Shown here one piece after another: positions 59,307-64,000 of a stretch of 64,000 bases of DNA. Position 1 is the first letter of the stretch, and the number at the start of each line of letters is the position of its first letter. This DNA is from Alphaproteobacteria bacterium (GTDB lineage: Bacteria > Pseudomonadota > Alphaproteobacteria > MPNO01): contig OZ219866.1 in NCBI GenBank assembly GCA_964291675.2, forward strand, positions 3,592,461 through 3,656,460. Reading direction: 5' to 3'. The notes beneath the pieces were generated by a model. That model saw nothing but the letters and a program-made list of their open reading frames with translations, was not told the origin of the DNA and did not search any database. The position numbers and the translations under genes are program-made.

Positions 59307-59761
59307 CGTTTTTTTCCCCGCGCCAGGGCGCGGTCGATGCTGCTGCGATGGACCGAGACGCCGAATCGATCGCGTACCAGCTCGACCAGATCGGCGGCGG
59401 TGAGATCCGGCCGTTCGTTCTTCGCCGCCCGCAGCGCCTCGACCACCTCGTCGCTGAGCTTGTGGGGCCGGCGCGGTCCGGGCCGGTCGGGCACCAGGCC
59501 CGGCAGCCCGCCCGCTTCGTAGGCGCGCTGCGCCTGATACCAGGTCGGCCGCGAGACGCCGAAGCTGGCGGCGGCGTGGCTCACCGGCACGCCGTCCTCG
59601 CGCACGCGGCGCAGCATCTCGTACCTGACCTGGAGCAGATCGCGCGCGTCGAAGAACGGGTTCGACAGGAACAACTCGTCGCGTACCGCCTCCGCGTGCG
59701 GGTTCAGGCAGCCGTGCTCCTTGAGGGAGCGGGTCTTGGCGTCGGCGGGCCGTCTGGCCAT
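59303..59761 (-). CDS. Helix-turn-helix protein
   Basis: FFDARDLLQVRYEMLR...AASFGVSRPTWY...GLPGL...HKL. Confidence 0.85.
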   Translation of the reverse strand: MARRPADAKTRSLKEHGCLNPHAEAVRDELFLSNPFFDARDLLQVRYEMLRRVREDGVPVSHAAASFGVSRPTWYQAQRAYEAGGLPGLVPDRPGPRRPHKLSDEVVEALRAAKNERPDLTAADLVELVRDRFGVSVHRSSIDRALARGKKR

Positions 59762-59948
59762 TGCGCGGGCTCCATCGGAAAAGGAATGTAATTATATTTA
59801 TGCACACTTCCAACGCAGCATCAACCCCCTTCTTCCTCTCTATGACTGGAAACCCCATGATATACTTCGCACAATGGCCAAAGAACGCTGTCTTCCCGGC
59901 AGTCAAGATGCTCTGTCTTCGTCAGCGCGCCTATGTGCAAAAACATTC

Positions 59949-60275
59949 TTACACATTCGGCAAAATCTCCTTTACAGCCTCCGCTCCGCCGTCGCTCTCC
60001 CGCCCGGTGCAGGCGTCTCCGTCGAGGCTCTCCAGCAATGCCGCCAACACAAGCAGGTCCGAGACGCGGAACGCCGAGCGGCCCGCCGACATCCTGACAA
60101 ACGGATCCACCGCCGCAGCGCTGGTAAACGCCTGACGAATCGTGCGCAGCGTCCCGTCGTCAGCCGTGTAATGAACCTGCCCCACCCCCAGTATCGACGT
60201 GATCTCGATCAGCTCGAACTCACGTCCATGAAGAGGATGAAACGGATGCGTCACCCGAAAGCGCTCCTTCTTCAT
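59949..60275 (-). CDS. DUF5372 (Y4bD/Y4pK-like) small protein
   Basis: VTHPFHPLHG...DPFV...GRSAFRVSDL. Confidence 0.7.
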   Translation of the reverse strand: MKKERFRVTHPFHPLHGREFELIEITSILGVGQVHYTADDGTLRTIRQAFTSAAAVDPFVRMSAGRSAFRVSDLLVLAALLESLDGDACTGRESDGGAEAVKEILPNV

Positions 60276-60310
60276 GCACGGAGGATGTGCAGTTGAATGC
60301 CTATTCCCGG

Positions 60311-60976
60311 CGGGCCGCCGACAGGGCTCGCCGCGCCAGGGCCAGAGCCCGGGGCGCGGCTTACGCCGGGCGTGATCCGGTCAAGTGCCGCCGCGCCAAC
60401 CGCGACGGCGACAGGCGCCGCCGCCGGGCGCGGCGCGAAGCGGGGCTGTGCACGGATTGCGGCCGCAACCCGCCTGCGGAGGGCCGTTCGGTCTGCGAGC
60501 CCTGCCGCGAGGCACAGCGGGCAGCCGAACGCGTGCGCTATGCCGCGCGGCGGGCTGCCGGGGTCTGCGTGCGCTGCGCCGAGCCGGCGATCGGAGGCAC
60601 GTCCCGCTGCGCCCGGCACGCCGCGCTGGAGGCGGAACGGGTCTCTCCCGAGCGGCGCAGCGCCGTCAGGAAGAAGCGATATGCCCGGCGGCGCGCGCGG
60701 CGGCGATGTGTGGATTGCAACGGCTTCGCGGCCGGCGCTGCCCGCTGCCCGGCGTGCGCGTACCGCTCCAATACCCGCGCGCCCGCCTGGCACGCCGCGC
60801 AGGTGGGGCCGCCGTTCTACACCGTGATCGAGCTGGCGACCGGTGAGGACCACGGCACGTATGACACCGAGGCCGAGGCGGCGGCCTGCCTGGCCTTCCT
60901 CGGGCTCCGCTTCGACCAGGTGGAGATCCTCTCCAACATGCCGCTCATGGCCCCATCGCTCACCGGCGTGCCGTAG
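60311..60976 (+). pseudogene. 3' part of the interrupted Arg-rich, CxxC-repeat protein
   Basis: Repeated G(L/V)CxxC...CxxC/H units; in frame with 56786-56935. Confidence 0.72.
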
Positions 60977-61452
60977 CCCTTCCGCAACCGGGAGCGGGCC
61001 ACCCGCCCAAACGCGGAGACGCGCGGGAACCCTGGGCTCCGGCGCCCGCACGTCCGACCAGGGAGATCGCACCATGAAGGCGACCGGGCTGCATCGCGAT
61101 CGCCACGCCCCTCGAGACCCGCGGGGGCCCCACCCGGGCTGCCTCGTGGATGCCGGCTCCGACCCGGCTTCCACGCCGGGCGCTTCGCGCCGCGCGGGTG
61201 CGGTCTTGCCGGCATCCATCGTCTCCATCAGCGGCACCGCGCCCGCGGCACCGGCGCCACGGCCGTGCTCTGCGCCGTGCCCACCATCCGGTGCGGTAGG
61301 CAAAGCTGGCGGCCTCGCGGCAGGCACCGGGGCTGACGGCAGGCGAGAGGAGGTGAGGAGCTTTTGGAGGGGCGAACGGGAAGGGGATCGAGAGGGTCTC
61401 CTCGCCGTTCGTCAACCATCGTCAGCAACCTGGAAAGATAGGAGACACGATC

Positions 61453-61914
61453 ATGGCGTTTGGACTCAACTCCGCGCAGATCATTGGCCGCCTCGGCGAC
61501 GACGTCAGCATCAACCACCTTGCCTCCGGCGGGCGCGTGGCCAACATGAGCATCGCCACCGACGAGAGCTACATCGACCGGAACGGCGGGGGCGAACGGA
61601 TCGACAAGACCGAGTGGCACCGCGTCGTGACGTTCCAGAGCGGTCTGGTCGACATGCTCGCCAAGCACGCCAAGAAGGGCCGCCTCGTCTACGTCGCGGG
61701 CAAGCTGCAGACCCGCAGGTGGCGCAAGGACGGCGAGGACTCGGACCGCTTCTCCACCGAGATCCTCCTGGTCCCCGGCGGGCGCGTACAGTTCCTGGAC
61801 AAGCCCGTCGGCACCAACGGCAACGCCGCGCCTGCGTCCGATGGCGAAGCGATGCCCGCCGACGCGAACGGCTCGGCCGATCCGTCCGATACTGCGGATC
61901 CGATTCCTTTCTGA
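61453..61914 (+). CDS. ssb: Single-stranded DNA-binding protein
   Basis: IIGRLG, TEWHRV, KGRLVYVAGKLQTRRW and C-terminal DPIPF. Confidence 0.93.
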   Translation: MAFGLNSAQIIGRLGDDVSINHLASGGRVANMSIATDESYIDRNGGGERIDKTEWHRVVTFQSGLVDMLAKHAKKGRLVYVAGKLQTRRWRKDGEDSDRFSTEILLVPGGRVQFLDKPVGTNGNAAPASDGEAMPADANGSADPSDTADPIPF

Positions 61915-61944
61915 GCACCAACTTCGGCATCCTCCCTGCAACTC

Positions 61945-61974
61945 GGGCCGGCGCCTCGCGCGCCGGTCTTTTTT
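61945..61974 (+). terminator. Rho-independent terminator after ssb
   Basis: Stem-loop GGCCGGCGC-CTCGC-GCGCCGGTC followed by T6. Confidence 0.75.
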
Positions 61975-62172
61975 GCTGCGGGGCCAGAGTCCCCGGCCGG
62001 GCCGTGCGGTGCGGCTCGCGCTTCGCACGCCGCCCGCCGTCCCGGCGCCGCCGGGAGGCCGGGTGCCGGCCGGGACCGGGCGCATCCCACGCAGCATCCG
62101 GAGAGGTATTGCCATGCGTCCCATCCCCGCTCACGGTCCCGGCTCCGCCGGCCCGCTCGCGAGACGTGCGCG

Positions 62173-63168
62173 GTGAACGCCGCGCGCGTCGCCGCCGCCC
62201 TTGCCGAGCGCGCAGAGGAGGTCTGCCGGCGCTACCTGCCCAACGGCCGCAGGAGCGGCCGCTACTGGGTCGCCGGCGACATCCATGGCGCCAGGGGCCG
62301 CTCGCTCTTCGTCCGCCTGGTCCCGCCCGGCACGCGCGGCAAGTGGACCGATTCCGCCGAGGGCACGCACGGCGATCTGCTCGACCTCGTCCGCATCGCC
62401 TCCGGCGCGGGCTCGCTCCGCGCGGCGATGGCCGAGGCACGTGCCTTCCTCTCGCTGCCACCCACGCTCACCTCGGCCGGCCCCGACATCTATGATCGGA
62501 CCGAGGCGGCACGCCGCCTGTGGCGGCGCTGCCGCGCCATCGACGGCACCCACGCCGAGGCGTACCTGCGCGCCAGGGCGATCCACCGCTCCCGCTTCCC
62601 CGCGCTCCGCTTCCATCCCGCGCTGCTCCATCGCGACGACGGCGGCGTGCGCCGCCTGCCGGCGCTGGTCGCCGCCGTCACCGGCGGTGACGGCACGCTC
62701 ACCGGCGTGCACCGCACATGGCTGGACCCGCAGCGGCCTGCCAAGGCGGCCGTGGCGCGCCCGCGCAAGGCGCTGGGCCGCGTCCACGGCCATGCCGTCC
62801 ACTTCGGCGATCCGGCTACCCGCACGCTCCTCGTGGGCGAGGGGATCGAAACGGTGCTGTCGGTCGTCACGGCGCTGCCCGACACCGTCGCGGCCGCCGC
62901 GCTCTCGGCCGGCAGCCTCGGCGCGTTCTCGCCTCCGCCCGGCCTCGCGCGGCTGATCGTCGCACGAGACAACGATCCCGAAGGCGAGCGCGCGGCGGAA
63001 CGCCTCGCCCGGCGCTGCGCCCGGGCGGGCGTCGCCCCACTCGTGATCGTCCCCCAGGGGGACGACTTCAACGACGACCTGGTCTCGCTCGGTCCCGCCG
63101 CGCTTCGCGCGCGTCTCGCTCCCCTCTTCCGCCGCGCGGGAGAAGAGGGAGGGCATGAGTCCGTGTGA
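62173..63168 (+). CDS. Plasmid/ICE-type Toprim primase-like protein
   Basis: GKWTD...GDLLDL; AEAYLRAR; GVHRTWL; Toprim GEGIET...ARDND...DFNDDL. Confidence 0.88.
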   Translation: MNAARVAAALAERAEEVCRRYLPNGRRSGRYWVAGDIHGARGRSLFVRLVPPGTRGKWTDSAEGTHGDLLDLVRIASGAGSLRAAMAEARAFLSLPPTLTSAGPDIYDRTEAARRLWRRCRAIDGTHAEAYLRARAIHRSRFPALRFHPALLHRDDGGVRRLPALVAAVTGGDGTLTGVHRTWLDPQRPAKAAVARPRKALGRVHGHAVHFGDPATRTLLVGEGIETVLSVVTALPDTVAAAALSAGSLGAFSPPPGLARLIVARDNDPEGERAAERLARRCARAGVAPLVIVPQGDDFNDDLVSLGPAALRARLAPLFRRAGEEGGHESV

Positions 63169-63458
63169 GCGAAGCGCGGGATGGAGAGAGCCCGCCGCAA
63201 CCGCCGAACGGGAGCAATCCGATGGGACGCTACAGAACCGACCTCGCCTTCAAGCTCGCCGCCCCCGACGAGGTGAGAATCTACCGCGACGGCCAGCACA
63301 TCGGCGACATCTTCAAGGACGAGGACATCCTCAATGCGGGCCGGTTCCACTACCTGATCTGGCTCGTCGAGGACTGGCGCGGGTGGAAGCGCGTGACCGA
63401 GCGCAGCCGGCTCCGCGAGACCGTCGAGCGCTGGGTCGAGACCCACCCCCTGCTGTGA
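63165..63458 (+). CDS. Hypothetical protein
   Basis: GTGA overlap with the primase gene; host-like codon usage. Confidence 0.6.
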   Translation: MSEARDGESPPQPPNGSNPMGRYRTDLAFKLAAPDEVRIYRDGQHIGDIFKDEDILNAGRFHYLIWLVEDWRGWKRVTERSRLRETVERWVETHPLL

Positions 63459-63565
63459 GCCAGCGCCGTTCCCGCCGCCCGTACCGCACCCTTCATTGCC
63501 GCCGCCCGCGCGGAAGAGACCTCGCGACGGGGCATCCCGCCCCGCCGGACCAGGGAGAAATCGTC

Positions 63566-64000
63566 ATGATCGTCGCCAACGCAACCCCCACCGCTTCGCC
63601 GACCGCAGCCGTCTGCGAGAGCATGGCGCTCCACGGCGCGGTACCCGAGCGCGGCGAGCTCGACAGCCGCGACGTCTGGGACGAGGACGACGCCATCGAG
63701 GCTCTGTCGGAAGCCATCCGCGTCATCGTGGACGGAGTCACCGTCGAGGGGACGCAGATGGCCGACGAGCGCGAGGCCCTGCTGTGGGGCTTCGTCAACT
63801 GCCTCCATTCCCAGATCGCCCGCCTCGACCGGACCATCGACCGCATCGTCCCGGAGATGAAGGACCTGGAGCGCGCCCAGGACGGCACAGAGGTGAAGGC
63901 GCACGAGCTGGAGACCCTGACCGATCGCGCGAAAAGCCTCGGCGACCGGCGGGACGCGTTCGAGAAGATGCGCGACGTCGCCGCCGACGCCTACCGCGTC
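63566..64000 (+). CDS. DUF2493-type ICE/plasmid protein, N-terminal part (runs off window)
   Basis: Manual translation: SPTAAVCESMALHG...LLWGFVN...QDGTEVKAHELE; GGGAG RBS; family usually lies beside Toprim genes. Confidence 0.7.
   Translation, partial: MIVANATPTASPTAAVCESMALHGAVPERGELDSRDVWDEDDAIEALSEAIRVIVDGVTVEGTQMADEREALLWGFVNCLHSQIARLDRTIDRIVPEMKDLERAQDGTEVKAHELETLTDRAKSLGDRRDAFEKMRDVAADAYRV

Larger units (their letters stand above)
56936..60310 (-). mobile_element. Four-gene large-serine-recombinase element (resembles the y4bABCD/NGRRS-1 arrangement, from memory)
   Basis: Interrupts a gene with CGG at both junctions; encodes a recombinase, an HTH protein and two small ORFs. Confidence 0.8.
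30190..64000. mobile_element. Composite genomic island / ICE-like region; right end beyond the window
   Basis: Begins at the vapC break; contains excisionase-like HTH, multiple recombinases, low-GC cargo, ssb, primase and a DUF2493-type gene. Confidence 0.7.

Overview
GC-rich bacterial DNA, probably alphaproteobacterial and possibly host- or sponge-associated (inference from REP families and from Calx-beta, cadherin and SRCR surface proteins). The first ~30 kb looks chromosomal. It holds an aromatic/heterocycle catabolic cluster (acyl-CoA ligase, two UbiD, Rieske oxygenase alpha, HpaB-like, MmgE/PrpD, frameshifted VOC protein, GMC oxidoreductase), two REP families, a MetE-core gene directly followed by a three-subunit thiocyanate-hydrolase-like Co enzyme, two autotransporter-like adhesins, and orphan HigA and FitA antitoxins. 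From a truncated vapC at ~30.19 kb to the end is a nested mobile island. It carries defence-like cargo: HEXXH, PD-(D/E)xK and HEPN proteins, a UvrD-DarT1-like-ARH operon, a NucC-like nuclease and a RecQ-UvrD fusion. It also carries a Cre-like recombinase flanked by inverted lox-like palindromes upstream of an SRCR adhesin, four clustered tyrosine integrases plus a relic, a serine-recombinase element with exactly definable ends, and ssb/primase/DUF2493 ICE-type genes. Best candidates for undescribed systems: the DarT1-like + ARH (+ helicase) module and the self-inverting Cre-like switch. All family calls come from motif recognition by eye; no database searches were run.
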